Shown here piece by piece: positions 1-15,870 of a stretch of 64,000 bases of DNA. Below the pieces are notes generated by a model. The model saw only the letters and a program-made list of their open reading frames with translations, made no database searches and had not been told where the DNA came from. Both the position numbers and the translations under genes were made by a program. Every line of letters begins with the position of its first letter. Position 1 is the stretch's first letter. The stretch comes from Burkholderiaceae bacterium (GTDB lineage: Bacteria > Pseudomonadota > Gammaproteobacteria > Burkholderiales > Burkholderiaceae_C): contig JABWBN010000001.1 of NCBI GenBank assembly GCA_013360485.1, positions 15,282 to 79,281 of the forward strand, read 5' to 3'.

Positions 1-269
1 CCCCCGAGTGCCGCCACCCGATCGCCCAGCGCCAGTCCCGCGACGCCCGGACCCAGTGCATCCACCACGCCGGCGTACTCCGAGCCGGGCACGAAGGGCA
101 GCGGCGGCTTGATCTGGTACTTGTTCTGCACGATGAGCACGTCCGGAAAATTCAGGCTGGCCGCGCGCACCGCCACCCGGATCTCGCCCGGGCCTGGCTC
201 GGGCGTGGGCGCTTCGCGCCACTGCAGGGCGTCGACGCCCACGGGGTTGTCGCAGAACCAGGCGTGCAT
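1..269 (-). CDS. NADPH:quinone oxidoreductase family (zinc-independent MDR), partial; 3' end lies outside the window
   Basis: Manual minus-strand translation from ATG 269 (AGGAG upstream): [67 protein letters not shown], a typical QOR N-terminus. Not in the ORF track. Confidence 0.85.
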   Translation of the reverse strand, partial: MHAWFCDNPVGVDALQWREAPTPEPGPGEIRVAVRAASLNFPDVLIVQNKYQIKPPLPFVPGSEYAGVVDALGPGVAGLALGDRVAALG

Positions 270-373
270 GGGGGTCTCCTTTGCGGGGGTCGGCTGGCCG
301 AAGCGCGCGATCTTATTCAGGCATGCATCGCAGCGACGTCGCCAGGGTGACGGCTGCCTACAATCGGCCGCAT

Positions 374-1141
374 ATGCGCATCCTCATCGCAAACGACGAC
401 GGCTACCTGGCTCCGGGAATCTCGGCGCTGGTGCAGGCCATGAGCGGATTGGGCCACATCGACGTGGTGGCACCTGAGCAGAACGCCAGTGGCACATCGA
501 ACGCCCTCACGCTGACACGGCCGCTGAACGTTTTTCGGGCCGCCGGACCGCAAGCGGGCTATCACGTGGTGAGCGGTACGCCGTCGGACTGCGTGCACGT
601 GGCGCTCACCGGGCTGCTGGACAAGCGTCCGGACCTGGTGGTCACCGGCATCAACCAGGGTGCCAACATGGGTGACGATACCCTGTACTCGGGCACCGTC
701 GCTGCTGCCATGGAAGGCTACCTGTTCGGCATTCCGGCGGTCGCGTTCTCGCAAGTCGAAAAGGGGTGGGCCCATCTCGATGCCGCCGCCCGGGTTGCAC
801 GTTCGGTGGTGGAAGAGTTGCTGGCCATGCAGCTGGCGGGTGCGCCGTGGCTGCTGAACGTCAACATCCCGAACCGGCCGGATGCCGACCGACTGCCGCG
901 CCAGGTCACCCGATTGGGGCGCCGCCATGCCAGCGAGCCCGTCATCCGCCAGATCAGCCCGCGAGGCGAAACAATCTACTGGATCGGCCCCGCTGGAGAT
1001 GCCAGGGAGGCTGGCGAGGGCACCGATTTCCACGCAACGGCCCAGGGCTGTGTCTCCATCACGCCGCTGCAGGTCGACCTCACCGACCACGCGGCGTTGG
1101 TCAACTGGCGTTCGCGCCTGGCCTTGTCCGAGCGGTCATGA
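374..1141 (+). CDS. surE: 5'/3'-nucleotidase SurE
   Basis: [38 protein letters not shown] motifs; surE-pcm-nlpD-rpoS order. Start trimmed to ATG 374. Confidence 0.96.
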   Translation: MRILIANDDGYLAPGISALVQAMSGLGHIDVVAPEQNASGTSNALTLTRPLNVFRAAGPQAGYHVVSGTPSDCVHVALTGLLDKRPDLVVTGINQGANMGDDTLYSGTVAAAMEGYLFGIPAVAFSQVEKGWAHLDAAARVARSVVEELLAMQLAGAPWLLNVNIPNRPDADRLPRQVTRLGRRHASEPVIRQISPRGETIYWIGPAGDAREAGEGTDFHATAQGCVSITPLQVDLTDHAALVNWRSRLALSERS

Positions 1142-1953
1142 AACCGCGTGCCTCGCGTCGTCCGCCGGGGTTCCCGGCCGGGGCGGGCACGTCATCGGCA
1201 CCTGGGGCGGCACGGCCGGCTGCGCCGTTGCGCCCGCAACGGCTGCTCGACAGCGCTGCGCGCGATGCGGCGCGGCTCAAGGCACCGACCGGGCTGGGCT
1301 TGGATTCCGGCGCTGTGCGCCAACGCATGGTCGATCGCCTGCGGCAAGAGGGCATCACCTGCAACCCGGTCTTCGAGGTCATGGCGCAGGTGCCGCGACA
1401 CTTGTTCGTCGATACGGCGCTGGCGGGCCAGGCCTACGAAGACACCAGCCTGCCAATCGGCCTGGGGCAGACGATTTCCAAGCCTTCGGTCGTGGCCCGC
1501 ATGCTCGAGCTGCTGTTTCAAGGCGCCAATGCCCGTCGCCAGCAGCACCTCGGGCAAGTGCTTGAAATCGGCACTGGCTGCGGGTACCAGGCCGCGCTTC
1601 TCGCCCAGTTGGGGCGTCGGGTGGTGTCGGTCGAACGGCTGGCGGCGTTGTTCGAACGCGCACAGACCAACCTCGCTGCATGGCGACAGGATCGTGTGCG
1701 GCTCGTGCACGGCGATGGCATGCTGGGCCATCCGCCGCTGGCGCCGTACGACAGCATCATTGCGGCGGCGGGCGGAGCCGAGATCCCGAGTGCGTGGCTC
1801 GAGCAACTGGCCATAGGCGGGCGCCTCGTGGCGCCGACGCAAGGCGGTTCAGGTGGGCAGGTGCTGGTGGTGGTCGACCGCCACAGCGCTGGCTGGTCGC
1901 GAAGCCATCATGAATCCGTGCACTTTGTCCCCCTAAAATCGGGGGTCACTTGA
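1138..1953 (+). CDS. pcm: Protein-L-isoaspartate O-methyltransferase
   Basis: [39 protein letters not shown]; ATGA overlap with the surE stop. Confidence 0.95.
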   Translation: MKPRASRRPPGFPAGAGTSSAPGAARPAAPLRPQRLLDSAARDAARLKAPTGLGLDSGAVRQRMVDRLRQEGITCNPVFEVMAQVPRHLFVDTALAGQAYEDTSLPIGLGQTISKPSVVARMLELLFQGANARRQQHLGQVLEIGTGCGYQAALLAQLGRRVVSVERLAALFERAQTNLAAWRQDRVRLVHGDGMLGHPPLAPYDSIIAAAGGAEIPSAWLEQLAIGGRLVAPTQGGSGGQVLVVVDRHSAGWSRSHHESVHFVPLKSGVT

Positions 1954-1980
1954 GCCTGCGGCCTTTGCCGCACCTTACCC

Positions 1981-2910
1981 ATGCATCTGCGTTCCTTGCC
2001 GTGGTACCTGGCCTGTCTGGCAATCTTGGGCGGCTGCGCTTCGTCCGGGCACCGTGCTCCTGTGGAAGAGCGCACGCCGACACCGCGCGCGGCAGCTGCA
2101 CCGACGCCGGCACCCTCGAGCTCGATGCCAGCGGTCGGTGCATCCGATCCCAAGCCGATGCCCAATGCCGAGCACGCTGGCAAGCCCGGGTACTACACAA
2201 TCAAGCCCGGTGACACGCTCATCCGCGTCGCACTCGAAAATGGCCAGAACTGGCGCGACGTCGCCCGCTGGAACGCGATCGAAAACCCCAATGTGATCGA
2301 GGTCGGACAAGTTCTGCGCGTGCTGCCGCCCATGCAGGACGCCACCGCCGTCGCATCGCGGGGCGTAGGGTCGGGCAAGGTCGAGGCCCGGGGTCTCGAT
2401 GCCAAACCGGAACCGGTGTCGGGCGGTGTGGCTGCTGTCGGTGCATCAGCTCCTGCGGCATCGGCCACGGCTGGCTCCGCCGCCAGTGCAGCGCCCGTTC
2501 CGGCGTCGGTCCCCAATCCGGCAATGGCCCGCGAAGGCGAGGAAGAGCCGCAGTGGGCGTGGCCGGCGAACGGCGCGCTCGGTGGCGGCTTCGAGGAAGG
2601 GCGCAGCAAAGGTCTGGCCATACTGGGCAAAGCGGGTGATCCGGTCCTCGCCGCGGCCGACGGGCGCGTGGTGTATGCCGGTTCCGGTCTGCGGGGCTAC
2701 GGCAACTTGGTCATTGTCAAGCACAGCAACACCTATCTCACGGCATACGCGCACAACCAGGCCTTGCTCGTCAAGGAAGACCAGGTCGTGCGCCGCGGCC
2801 AGCGTATCGCTGATATGGGCGCGACCGATTCCGAGCGAGTGCAGCTGCACTTCGAGATACGCAAGCACGGCAAGCCGGTTGATCCGGCCAAGCTGCTGCC
2901 ACCGCGCTAG
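1981..2910 (+). CDS. nlpD: LysM/M23 lipoprotein NlpD
   Basis: Lipobox LGGC, LysM ([13 protein letters not shown]), M23 region ([27 protein letters not shown]). Confidence 0.93.
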   Translation: MHLRSLPWYLACLAILGGCASSGHRAPVEERTPTPRAAAAPTPAPSSSMPAVGASDPKPMPNAEHAGKPGYYTIKPGDTLIRVALENGQNWRDVARWNAIENPNVIEVGQVLRVLPPMQDATAVASRGVGSGKVEARGLDAKPEPVSGGVAAVGASAPAASATAGSAASAAPVPASVPNPAMAREGEEEPQWAWPANGALGGGFEEGRSKGLAILGKAGDPVLAAADGRVVYAGSGLRGYGNLVIVKHSNTYLTAYAHNQALLVKEDQVVRRGQRIADMGATDSERVQLHFEIRKHGKPVDPAKLLPPR

Positions 2911-2933
2911 CTCTATGCGCCGGTACGGACGAA

Positions 2934-3938
2934 GTGACCATGGGCCGGCGCGGCGACGCACACACTTCAAGCAGCGATGCGGCAAGGGCGCGGCCCAGAC
3001 CGCCCGCGGACGCTGCCGCCCAAACCCGTGGCACTGACGGCGTCGGCAACCGGCACGACGACCGCGTCCTGGCCCCGACAGGGGACTCCGAGCCCGGCAA
3101 TGCGCTGCAGCTGTACCTGCGTGACATCCGCAAGTCCCCGTTGCTGAGCCCTGACGAGGAGTTCGATACCGCATCCAGGGCACGGCAGGGCGACTTTGCA
3201 GCCCGCCAGACCATGATCGAGCGGAACCTGCGGTTGGTGGTGAGCATCGCCAAGAACTACCTTGGCCGTGGCCTGCCACTGTCTGACCTCATCGAAGAGG
3301 GCAATCTAGGCCTGATGCATGCCATCGCCAAGTTCGAGCCTGAACGCGGCTTTCGCTTTTCCACCTACGCGTCGTGGTGGGTCCGCCAGGGCATTGAGCG
3401 CGCGATCATGCACCAGGCGCGCATGGTGCGGTTGCCCGTGCATGTGGTGCGCGAGCTCAACCAGGTGGTTCGGGCACGTCGCGCACTCGAGGCCGATGCG
3501 CATTCGCGGGGCGGTGCACCCGCACAGGTACGCACCGACGACATTGCCGCGGCACTGGGCCGCGACGTGGCGCAGGTCGACGCGCTGCTCAAGCTGGCCG
3601 AGCAGCCCACCTCGCTCGACGCCCCGCTCGACGCCGAAAGCGTCGAGTCGCTGATGGACAGCGTGGTGGACGAGCACGCGGTGGACCCGATAGGCCTGTT
3701 GCTCAGCCATGAGGTCGAACGTCTGCTCGAGCAGGGCCTGGCCGAGCTGCCGCAGCGCGAGCGCGAGGTGCTCGAGGGGCGGTACGGGCTGGGCGACCGC
3801 GATCCGCAGACGCTTGAAGTAATGGCCGAGCGCCTGGGATTGACCCGAGAGCGCGTGCGCCAGATCCAGCAGGAGGCACTGGTCAAGCTCAAGCGCCGCA
3901 TGGCCCGGCAGGGCGTGGACCGCGACTCGGTGTTCTAG
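2934..3938 (+). CDS. rpoS: RNA polymerase sigma factor RpoS
   Basis: Region 1.2 (LQLYLRDI), region 2 ([31 protein letters not shown]), region 4 (TRERVRQIQ); follows nlpD. Confidence 0.92.
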   Translation: MTMGRRGDAHTSSSDAARARPRPPADAAAQTRGTDGVGNRHDDRVLAPTGDSEPGNALQLYLRDIRKSPLLSPDEEFDTASRARQGDFAARQTMIERNLRLVVSIAKNYLGRGLPLSDLIEEGNLGLMHAIAKFEPERGFRFSTYASWWVRQGIERAIMHQARMVRLPVHVVRELNQVVRARRALEADAHSRGGAPAQVRTDDIAAALGRDVAQVDALLKLAEQPTSLDAPLDAESVESLMDSVVDEHAVDPIGLLLSHEVERLLEQGLAELPQREREVLEGRYGLGDRDPQTLEVMAERLGLTRERVRQIQQEALVKLKRRMARQGVDRDSVF

Positions 3939-4031
3939 GAGCCTGTCGGGCTTTGGGACGGGCGCGCGTTGTCGAGGCGGTTCGGGCACTCGCGCTCGAA
4001 CGCCTGAGTCGGGGCCTCGGATAATCCCAGC

Positions 4032-5399
4032 ATGACTATGAGTGACGAGTGGCTGCGCGTCGAGTCCATCGACATCGAGGCGCAGGGCGTGGCCCACGAC
4101 AGCAGCGGCAAGGTGGTCTTCATCGACGGCGCTTTGCCTGGCGAGGACGTGCAGGTCGACATCACGCGGCGCAAGCCGCAGTGGGAGCAGGGTAACCTGA
4201 GGGCGCTGCGCAGCGAGAGCGCATTGCGCGTGCGCCCACGATGCCCGCACTTCGGCCTGCATGCCGGGTCTTGCGGTGGCTGCAAGATGCAGCACCTCGA
4301 TGCGGCTGCCCAAGTGGCCGTGAAGCAACGCGCGCTCGAGGACAACCTGGCCCACCTGGCCAAAGTGAAGCCCGAGCGCGTGCTTCGGCCGATCGAAGGC
4401 CCCCCATGGGGCTACCGGTATCGGGCGCGGCTGTCGGTGCGGCATGTTCCGCGCAAGGGCGGCGTACTCGTCGGCTTTCACGAACGCAAGTCGCGCTACG
4501 TGGCCGACATGACCGAGTGCCATGTGTTGCCGCCGAAGGTGGCGGCGCTGCTGGTGCCGTTGCGACTGCTGATCGGTTCGATGGACCAGCGCGATCGTCT
4601 GCCCCAGATCGAAGTCGCGGTCGGTGACCTCGACGGTGCCCCACTCGTGGTGCTGGTGCTGCGCCATCTGGAGCCCCTGAGCGCGGGCGATGCCCAGAAA
4701 CTGCGCGCATTCGGGCGCGAACACGCGGTGCACTGGTGGTTGCAGCCCAAGGGGCCGGAAACCGTGCATCCGCTCGTCGAGGACGGGCCTGAGCTGGCTT
4801 ACAGCCTGCGGGAGTTCGACCTGCGGATGCCGTTTCGGCCCACCGACTTCACGCAGGTCAACCCCATGATCAATGCGGCGCTCGTCGGCCGCGCGCTGCG
4901 GTTGCTCGAGGTGTCACCGGCGCACCGCGTGATCGACTGGTTTTGCGGCCTGGGCAACTTCACGCTGCCCATCGCGCGCACCGCGCATGCCGTGCTGGGC
5001 ATCGAGGGCAGCGACGTGCTCGTTCAACGTTCGCGTGAGAACGCCGCACGAAATGGGCTGGCCGAGCGCGCCCAGTTCGTGGCGCGCAATCTGTTCGAGA
5101 TCACCGTCAATGACTTGCAGGACTACGGTTCGGCCGAACGCTGGCTGGTCGATCCACCGCGCGAGGGAGCCTTCGCGTTGGTGAAAGCCTTGGCCGAGCA
5201 CCGACAGGCGGGAGTGGGGGCTGCGGACGACATCTCACCCCAGCGCATCGTCTACGTGAGTTGCAACCCCGCCACCCTGGCCCGCGACGCTGGTCTGCTG
5301 GTGCACCAGGCGGGCTACCGCTGCGTGGCCGCCGGCGTGGTCAACATGTTCCCGCACACCGCCCATGTCGAGAGCATCGCAGTCTTCGATCGAGGCTGA
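4032..5399 (+). CDS. rlmD: 23S rRNA m5U1939 methyltransferase
   Basis: TRAM N-terminus, CPHFG..CGGC Fe-S cysteines, [36 protein letters not shown]. Confidence 0.95.
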   Translation: MTMSDEWLRVESIDIEAQGVAHDSSGKVVFIDGALPGEDVQVDITRRKPQWEQGNLRALRSESALRVRPRCPHFGLHAGSCGGCKMQHLDAAAQVAVKQRALEDNLAHLAKVKPERVLRPIEGPPWGYRYRARLSVRHVPRKGGVLVGFHERKSRYVADMTECHVLPPKVAALLVPLRLLIGSMDQRDRLPQIEVAVGDLDGAPLVVLVLRHLEPLSAGDAQKLRAFGREHAVHWWLQPKGPETVHPLVEDGPELAYSLREFDLRMPFRPTDFTQVNPMINAALVGRALRLLEVSPAHRVIDWFCGLGNFTLPIARTAHAVLGIEGSDVLVQRSRENAARNGLAERAQFVARNLFEITVNDLQDYGSAERWLVDPPREGAFALVKALAEHRQAGVGAADDISPQRIVYVSCNPATLARDAGLLVHQAGYRCVAAGVVNMFPHTAHVESIAVFDRG

Positions 5400-5459
5400 T
5401 CGGCCCAGACAACGTCTGGATGGACAACGCGCTTCCAGCGGGCACCGCTTGAAACGAAC

Positions 5460-5511
5460 GCGGGCCCGCTGTGGGGCCCGCAATGACTGACAGGCAGCAG
5501 CGCGCTGCCTG
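5460..5511. terminator. Two GC-rich hairpins between convergent rlmD and yccA
   Basis: GCGGGCCC-N6-GGGCCCGC (5460-5481) and CAGGCAGC-N5-GCTGCCTG (5491-5511); no clear U-tract. Confidence 0.4.
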
Positions 5512-5520
5512 CAGGAAGGA

Positions 5521-6216
5521 TCACTCGCGTTCGCCGCCGAATATGCCCAGCAGCGCCAGCAGGCTCTGGAACACGTTGTAGATGTCCAGGTAGATCGCCA
5601 GCGTGGCGGTGATGTAGTTCGTCTCGCCGCCGTCGATCACACGCTTGATGTCGTAGAGCATGAAGGCCGAGAAGATGCCGATGGCCAGCACGCAAACGGT
5701 GATCATCAGGGCGCTGGACTGCAGGAAGATGTTCACCAGGCCCGCCACCAGGAGCATGAGCGCGCCGACGAACAGGAACTTGCCCATGCCCGACAGGTCA
5801 CGCTTGATGACCGTGGCCAGCGAGGCCATGCCGAAGAACACGATCGCGGTGCCGCCGAAGGCGGTCATGATCAGCGAACTGCCGTTCTTGAGCCCCAGGA
5901 TGACCGCAAGCATGCGAGCCAGCATGAGGCCCATGAAGAACGTGAAGCCGAGCAGCACGGCCACGCCCGTAGAAGAGTGCTTGGTCTTTTCGATCGCGAA
6001 CATGAAGCCGAAGGCGCCAGCCAGGAACACGATCGCGCTGATACCAGGGCTCATTGCCGATGTGATGCCGGTGCTGACCCCGACCCAGGCGCCCAGCACC
6101 GTCGGCACCAGCGACAACGCCAGCAGCCAGTACGTATTGCGCAGGACGCGATTGCGTTCGACAGCCAGCGAGCCCTGTCCGGCCAGGCCGGGGAAGGTTT
6201 GCAGGCGTTCGTTCAT
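5521..6216 (-). CDS. Bax inhibitor-1/YccA family membrane protein
   Basis: NRVLRNTYWLLAL start, about 7 TM segments, GGETNYITATLAIYLDIYNVF C-terminus. Confidence 0.92.
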   Translation of the reverse strand: MNERLQTFPGLAGQGSLAVERNRVLRNTYWLLALSLVPTVLGAWVGVSTGITSAMSPGISAIVFLAGAFGFMFAIEKTKHSSTGVAVLLGFTFFMGLMLARMLAVILGLKNGSSLIMTAFGGTAIVFFGMASLATVIKRDLSGMGKFLFVGALMLLVAGLVNIFLQSSALMITVCVLAIGIFSAFMLYDIKRVIDGGETNYITATLAIYLDIYNVFQSLLALLGIFGGERE

Positions 6217-6361
6217 GAGACCTCCGTCGAGTGGTTGATGCGCCGTTCGATCGCGCGGGCGGATTCTAGTTCCCCCCAGGGCGTTCGGTTGTGACTTCGG
6301 CCGGCGGAATCGGCAGCGCCGCCGGCCGCGTGGAAACCCTGACGCATCGAGATGATCGGTC

Positions 6362-6367
6362 TATAAT
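6362..6367 (+). promoter_or_regulatory. Putative sigma70 -10 box for carAB
   Basis: Perfect TATAAT in GC-rich DNA, about 150 nt upstream of carA. Confidence 0.6.
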
Positions 6368-6514
6368 CAACAGGTTTACCCGCCAACAACGCAGCCCGAG
6401 CGAAACTTCCCCCCGGTTTCCCCCCAGGTCTTGTGAGCACATCGGCCCGGACCGCGCCTTCGAGCGCGCCGGCACCGGGAGCCGAGCCGGGCGCGCGCAA
6501 ACCGGAGTTCCCTC

Positions 6515-10931
<4,417 letters not shown>

Positions 10932-10950
10932 ACTTGCACGCTCATCACCC

Positions 10951-10998
10951 CGCCGCTGGCGCCGCTCAGGCCGGCCCCGGCGGCGATTTCATTTTGTT
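10951..10998 (+). terminator. Hairpin plus U-rich tail between carB and greA
   Basis: CGCCGCTGG (10951-59) pairs with CCGGCGGCG (10977-85), followed by ATTTCATTTTGTT. Confidence 0.55.
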
Positions 10999-11015
10999 CG
11001 AGGAAACGTTACGTC

Positions 11016-11492
11016 ATGACCACCATCCCATTGACCCGGCGCGGCGCCGAGAAGCTCAAGGAGGAACTGCTGCGGCTCAAGACGGTCGAGCGTCATGCGG
11101 TGATCCAGGCCATTGCCGAGGCGAGGGCGCAGGGTGACCTCTCCGAGAACGCCGAGTACGACGCCGCCAAGGACAAGCAGGGCTTCATCGAGGGTCGCAT
11201 CCTCGAGCTCGAGGGCAAGCTCGCCGCGGCTCAGGTCATCGACCCGGCCGCACTGGATGCCGGCGGCAAGGTGGTATTCGGCGCCACGGTCGACCTCGAG
11301 GATGAAGCCTCCGGGCAGGCGGTGACCTACCAGATCGTGGGTGACGATGAGGCCGACCTCAAGCAGGGCTTGATTTCCATCAGCTCGCCGATCGCACGGG
11401 CGATGATCGGCAAGGAAGCCGGCGACTTGGCCGAAGTGAAGGCCCCAGGCGGCATCAAGCGCTACGAAATCGTGGGCGTGCGCTACGTCTGA
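11016..11492 (+). CDS. greA: Transcription elongation factor GreA
   Basis: [24 protein letters not shown]; carAB-greA order. Confidence 0.97.
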   Translation: MTTIPLTRRGAEKLKEELLRLKTVERHAVIQAIAEARAQGDLSENAEYDAAKDKQGFIEGRILELEGKLAAAQVIDPAALDAGGKVVFGATVDLEDEASGQAVTYQIVGDDEADLKQGLISISSPIARAMIGKEAGDLAEVKAPGGIKRYEIVGVRYV

Positions 11493-11541
11493 CGACACCG
11501 ACCGGGGCGTTGCGAAGCCCGGGCACCATCGGGCAAGGGCC

Positions 11542-12018
11542 TCAGTCGGCCTGGGACTTCTTCTTGACGCTGGTCACGCGGGTGCGCGCGCGCTTGATCG
11601 AACCACCCGCCGTCACCCGCTGGTTGCCCATCACTTTCACCTTCTTCACCTGCGGGCGGTGGGTGGGGCTCTTCGAGAACTTGACGATCTTCACCACCTT
11701 CGGGCCGGCCATGCGGTCCTCGCGGGGCGCCTTCTCCCGCGGTGGAATCGGTCGCCACAGCACCAGCAGCTTGCCGATGTGCTGCACCGGCGCCGCCCCC
11801 AGCGCGTCGGCCAGGGCCAGGAGCATGGCCATGCGCTCATCGCGTGAGTCGGAGAACACGCGCACCTTGATGAGTCCGTGCGCCTTCAACGCGGCGTCGA
11901 CCTCTCGGCGCACGGCGTCGGTCAAACCGTCGGCGCCGATCAGCACCACCGGGTCCAGGTGATGCGCCTCGGCGCGCTTTTCCTTGCGTTGGGCAGGACT
12001 CAATTCGATTGCAGGCAT
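11542..12018 (-). CDS. yhbY: YhbY/CRM-domain RNA-binding protein with basic C-terminal tail
   Basis: [37 protein letters not shown]; divergent from rlmE. Confidence 0.92.
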   Translation of the reverse strand: MPAIELSPAQRKEKRAEAHHLDPVVLIGADGLTDAVRREVDAALKAHGLIKVRVFSDSRDERMAMLLALADALGAAPVQHIGKLLVLWRPIPPREKAPREDRMAGPKVVKIVKFSKSPTHRPQVKKVKVMGNQRVTAGGSIKRARTRVTSVKKKSQAD

Positions 12019-12038
12019 CACACTATTATCTCCGCGAC

Positions 12039-12713
12039 ATGAAGATCAACACCAAGAGCCGCAAGGTCAACAAGGCCTGGCTACAGGACCATCTGAACGA
12101 TCCCTACGTCAAGATGGCGCAGAGGGAGGGCTATCGTGCCCGCGCGGCCTACAAGCTCAAGGAAATCGACGAAGCGTTTCGCCTGTTTCGTCCAGGGCAG
12201 GTGGTGGTCGACCTTGGAAGCGCCCCCGGCGCCTGGAGCCAGTACCTGCGTCGCCGATTTGCGCCCAAGACAGCAGGCACGGGAGGTGCCGCGGTCGGCG
12301 AGTTGCAGGGAACACTCGTGGCGCTGGACCTGCTCCCAATGGACCCGATCGAAGGGGTGCACTTCATCCAGGGCGACTTCCGTGAGGAGTCGGTCGTGGC
12401 AGCGCTGGAAGCGGCGCTAGGTGGGCGGCCGGTGGACGTGGTGGTGTCGGACATGGCGCCCAACCTGTCGGGCATCGAGGTGTCCGATGCTGCCCGCATC
12501 GAGCATCTGATCGAGCTGGCCATCGAGTTCGCTATGCGCCATTTGCGTCCCGACGGTGTGCTGGTGGCCAAGGTGTTTCATGGCAGCGGTTACAGCCAGT
12601 TGGTCGAGCGCTTTAAACGCGCGTTTCGAGTCGTCAAGGCATGCAAACCGAAAGCCTCCCGTGACCGATCTTCGGAAACCTTCCTGGTCGGATGGAGTCC
12701 CAGAAGGGTTTAG
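12039..12713 (+). CDS. rlmE: 23S rRNA Um2552 methyltransferase
   Basis: [45 protein letters not shown]. Confidence 0.96.
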   Translation: MKINTKSRKVNKAWLQDHLNDPYVKMAQREGYRARAAYKLKEIDEAFRLFRPGQVVVDLGSAPGAWSQYLRRRFAPKTAGTGGAAVGELQGTLVALDLLPMDPIEGVHFIQGDFREESVVAALEAALGGRPVDVVVSDMAPNLSGIEVSDAARIEHLIELAIEFAMRHLRPDGVLVAKVFHGSGYSQLVERFKRAFRVVKACKPKASRDRSSETFLVGWSPRRV

Positions 12714-12852
12714 GGTGTGCAGGCGGGCATCGGATCGGGCCCGCACGGGCGGCGCACTCGCTTGATTCAGTGCAGGCCCGACGGCTGAAATCGGGCCTGA
12801 ATCTGGCGTTTATGGCCCTTTCGGAGCGGATCCCGCACTGCGGAACGTCCCA

Positions 12853-12880
12853 CTTGACTCGAATAGAATGAACCCCACAT
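12853..12880 (+). promoter_or_regulatory. Sigma32 (RpoH)-type promoter of ftsH
   Basis: CTTGAC-N14-CCCCACAT matches the RpoH consensus CTTGAA-N13/17-CCCCATnT; same layout upstream of clpB. Confidence 0.7.
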
Positions 12881-12947
12881 ACCGCCTGTCCGATGCGTCC
12901 CCTGTGGCGCTGTGTCTCGGGCGTATTGAATGGCTGAAGGAGCCGCG

Positions 12948-14855
12948 GTGAACAATCAATGGTTCTCGAAGATCGCTGTCTGGCTGGTGATTGCACTGGT
13001 GTTGTTCACCGTTTTCAAGCAGTTCGATCGCGGGGTTGTTCAGGGCCAGAGCATCCCATACTCCGAGTTTCTCGACGAAGTCAGGAACGGTCGCATCAAG
13101 CAGGTCACCCTGCAGGAAGGCTATGGTTCATCGGAGATCATCGCCCTCACCACCGACGACAGGCGCATCCGGTCGACAGCCACCACGCTGGACCGCGGCT
13201 TGGTGGGTGACTTGATCAAGAACGACGTCAAGTTCGACGTCAAGCCGCGCGAAGAACCGTCGCTGCTGATGAGCCTGCTCATCAGCTGGGGCCCGATGCT
13301 GCTGTTGATCGGCGTGTGGGTGTACTTCATGCGCCAGATGCAGGGCGGCGGCAAGGGTGGGGCCTTCAGTTTCGGCAAGAGCAAGGCGCGCATGCTGGAC
13401 GAGAGCAACAACTCCGTCACGTTCGCCGACGTCGCTGGCTGCGACGAGGCCAAGGAGGAGGTCAAGGAGCTGGTCGACTTCCTGAAGGATCCGCAGAAGT
13501 TCCAGAAGCTTGGCGGCCGCATACCGCGCGGTGTGCTGATGGTCGGCCCGCCGGGCACCGGCAAGACGCTTCTGGCCAAGGCTATCGCCGGCGAGGCCAA
13601 GGTGCCATTCTTCAGCATCTCCGGCTCCGATTTCGTCGAGATGTTCGTCGGTGTTGGTGCGGCCCGCGTGCGAGACATGTTCGAGCAGGCCAAGAAGAGT
13701 GCGCCGTGCATCATCTTCGTCGACGAGATCGACGCCGTGGGCCGTCACCGCGGTGCCGGCCTGGGTGGCGGTAACGACGAGCGCGAGCAGACGCTCAACC
13801 AGATGCTGGTCGAGATGGACGGCTTCGAAACCAACCTCGGTGTCATCGTCATGGCGGCGACGAACCGGCCCGACATCCTCGATCCGGCGTTGCTGCGACC
13901 CGGCCGCTTCGACCGCCAGGTGTATGTCACATTGCCTGACGTGCGCGGCCGCGAGCAGATCCTCAACGTGCACATGCGCAAGGTGCCCATCGGCCAGGAC
14001 ATCCGGGCCGACATCCTCGCCCGCGGCACGCCGGGGTTCTCCGGCGCCGACTTGGCCAACTTGGTGAATGAAGCGGCACTCTTTGCCGCCCGCCGCAATG
14101 GCCGGGTGGTCGAAATGGTCGACTTCGAGAAGGCCAAGGACAAGATCATGATGGGCCCCGAGCGCAAGTCCATGGTCATGCCCGAGGAAGAGCGCAAGAA
14201 CACGGCCTATCACGAGGCTGGTCACGCATTGGTGGCTCGCCTGCTGCCCAAGACCGACCCGGTGCACAAGGTGACGATCATTCCGCGTGGCCGGGCGCTG
14301 GGCGTGACCATGCAGTTGCCCGAAGGCGACCGCTACAGCATGGACAAGGGTCGCATGCTGTCGACCATCTCGGTGCTGTTCGGTGGGCGCATCGCCGAGG
14401 AAGTGTTCATGGACCAGATGACCACCGGCGCCAGCAACGACTTCGAGCGGGCCACCCAGATTGCGCGCGACATGGTCACGCGCTACGGCATGACCGACGA
14501 ACTCGGTCCCATGGTTTACGCAGAGAACGAAGGCGAGGTCTTCCTTGGGCGCTCGATCACCAAGCAGGTGAACGTGTCGGAGCAGACCATGCAGAAGGTC
14601 GACCGTGAGATCCGCCGCATCATCGACGAGCAGTATGTGCTGGCGCGCAAGCTCATCGAAGACAACAAGGACAAGATGCACGCAATGGCCAAGGCGCTGT
14701 TGGAGTGGGAAACGATCGACAGTGACCAGATCGACGACATCATGTCAGACCGACCCCCGCGGCCGCCCAAGGACTGGACATCTCCCAGCGCCCGCTCGAC
14801 CGGGTCCGGCCCCACCGTGGGCAATGCCGACAGCGCGCCTGCAGCAGCGGCCTGA
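12948..14855 (+). CDS. ftsH: ATP-dependent zinc metalloprotease FtsH
   Basis: Two N-terminal TMs, [15 protein letters not shown], second region of homology (RPGRFDR), HEAGH; GTG start after GGAG. Confidence 0.98.
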   Translation: MNNQWFSKIAVWLVIALVLFTVFKQFDRGVVQGQSIPYSEFLDEVRNGRIKQVTLQEGYGSSEIIALTTDDRRIRSTATTLDRGLVGDLIKNDVKFDVKPREEPSLLMSLLISWGPMLLLIGVWVYFMRQMQGGGKGGAFSFGKSKARMLDESNNSVTFADVAGCDEAKEEVKELVDFLKDPQKFQKLGGRIPRGVLMVGPPGTGKTLLAKAIAGEAKVPFFSISGSDFVEMFVGVGAARVRDMFEQAKKSAPCIIFVDEIDAVGRHRGAGLGGGNDEREQTLNQMLVEMDGFETNLGVIVMAATNRPDILDPALLRPGRFDRQVYVTLPDVRGREQILNVHMRKVPIGQDIRADILARGTPGFSGADLANLVNEAALFAARRNGRVVEMVDFEKAKDKIMMGPERKSMVMPEEERKNTAYHEAGHALVARLLPKTDPVHKVTIIPRGRALGVTMQLPEGDRYSMDKGRMLSTISVLFGGRIAEEVFMDQMTTGASNDFERATQIARDMVTRYGMTDELGPMVYAENEGEVFLGRSITKQVNVSEQTMQKVDREIRRIIDEQYVLARKLIEDNKDKMHAMAKALLEWETIDSDQIDDIMSDRPPRPPKDWTSPSARSTGSGPTVGNADSAPAAAA

Positions 14856-14916
14856 GCGTCAGCGGGCATGCGTGACGGGCTGCAGTTGCGGCTCATCAGT
14901 GAATTGACACAATGCA

Positions 14917-14938
14917 GATGGGGCCTCCGGGCCCCATC
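14917..14938 (+). terminator. Perfect 9-bp hairpin between ftsH and folP
   Basis: GATGGGGCC-TCCG-GGCCCCATC; no U-tract, so it may be a stabiliser or processing stem. Confidence 0.45.
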
Positions 14939-14947
14939 GTCATCTGG

Positions 14948-15799
14948 ATGTACTGGCAAACCTCCCGATTCAGACTCAGCCTTGAGCGCCCGCTGGTGAT
15001 GGGCATCGTGAACGTGACGCCGGACTCGTTCTCGGATGGCGGTCGCCACGCAGCGGCGGCTGATGCGATGGCTTGGTGCGACCGCCTGGTGCGCGAGGGC
15101 GCCGACATACTCGACATCGGCGGCGAGTCCACGCGTCCAGGGGGTCAGGCGCCCGATCGCGACGAAGAACTCCGTCGTGTCTTGCCTGTGGTTCGCCATG
15201 CCGTGACCTTGGGTCGACCGATCTCCGTCGATACCAGCCGGCCGGAGGTGATGGCCGAGGCCATCGCGGCCGGTGCAGACATCATCAACGACGTGCGCGC
15301 CTTGCGCCGACCTGGTGCACTGGCCGTGCTGGCGGAAGCTCCGCGCGTCGGCGTGTGCCTGATGCACATGCGTGGCGAGCCGGACACGATGCAGCAGCAG
15401 ACAGCCTACGACGACGTCGTGCATGACGTTGCAGTGGCGCTGGAACGCCGCATGCGTGAAGTCGTTGACGCGGGCGTGCAAGTCGAGCGTATCGCGCTTG
15501 ATCCCGGGATCGGGTTTGCCAAGACCGCCGAGCAAAATTGGCAGTTGCTGCGGCGCCAGGGTGAGCTGTGCGCGATTGGGCGACCGCTGCTGGTCGGCTG
15601 GTCACGCAAGTCCACTCTGGGACTTCTGACCGGGCGGGCTGTGGGCGATCGGCTGGCAGCCAGCGTCTCAGCGGCCTTGGTGTCGGCATGCCGGGGCGCG
15701 CATGTCGTGCGCGTGCATGATGTGGCGGCAACGGTTGACGCGCTCAAGGTGGCAGCAGCGGCCGGCTTCATTGGCGAAGGACCACCCGGCGCATGCTGA
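14948..15799 (+). CDS. folP: Dihydropteroate synthase
   Basis: MGIVNVTPDSFSDGG, DIGGESTRPG, LDPGIGFAK, SRKS, VRVHDV. Confidence 0.97.
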   Translation: MYWQTSRFRLSLERPLVMGIVNVTPDSFSDGGRHAAAADAMAWCDRLVREGADILDIGGESTRPGGQAPDRDEELRRVLPVVRHAVTLGRPISVDTSRPEVMAEAIAAGADIINDVRALRRPGALAVLAEAPRVGVCLMHMRGEPDTMQQQTAYDDVVHDVAVALERRMREVVDAGVQVERIALDPGIGFAKTAEQNWQLLRRQGELCAIGRPLLVGWSRKSTLGLLTGRAVGDRLAASVSAALVSACRGAHVVRVHDVAATVDALKVAAAAGFIGEGPPGAC

Positions 15800-15870
15800 C
15801 AAATCCTCATCCTGGGTGACTGGGGCCAATGGTGACCTCAGGATCGACGAGTACTTCGAAGGAATCGGAC

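Noticed and set aside
3935-3960. CTAG-GAGCCTGTCGG after rpoS, resembling an IS5-like/MITE end
   Set aside because: No matching inverted end, target duplication or transposase found in the window.
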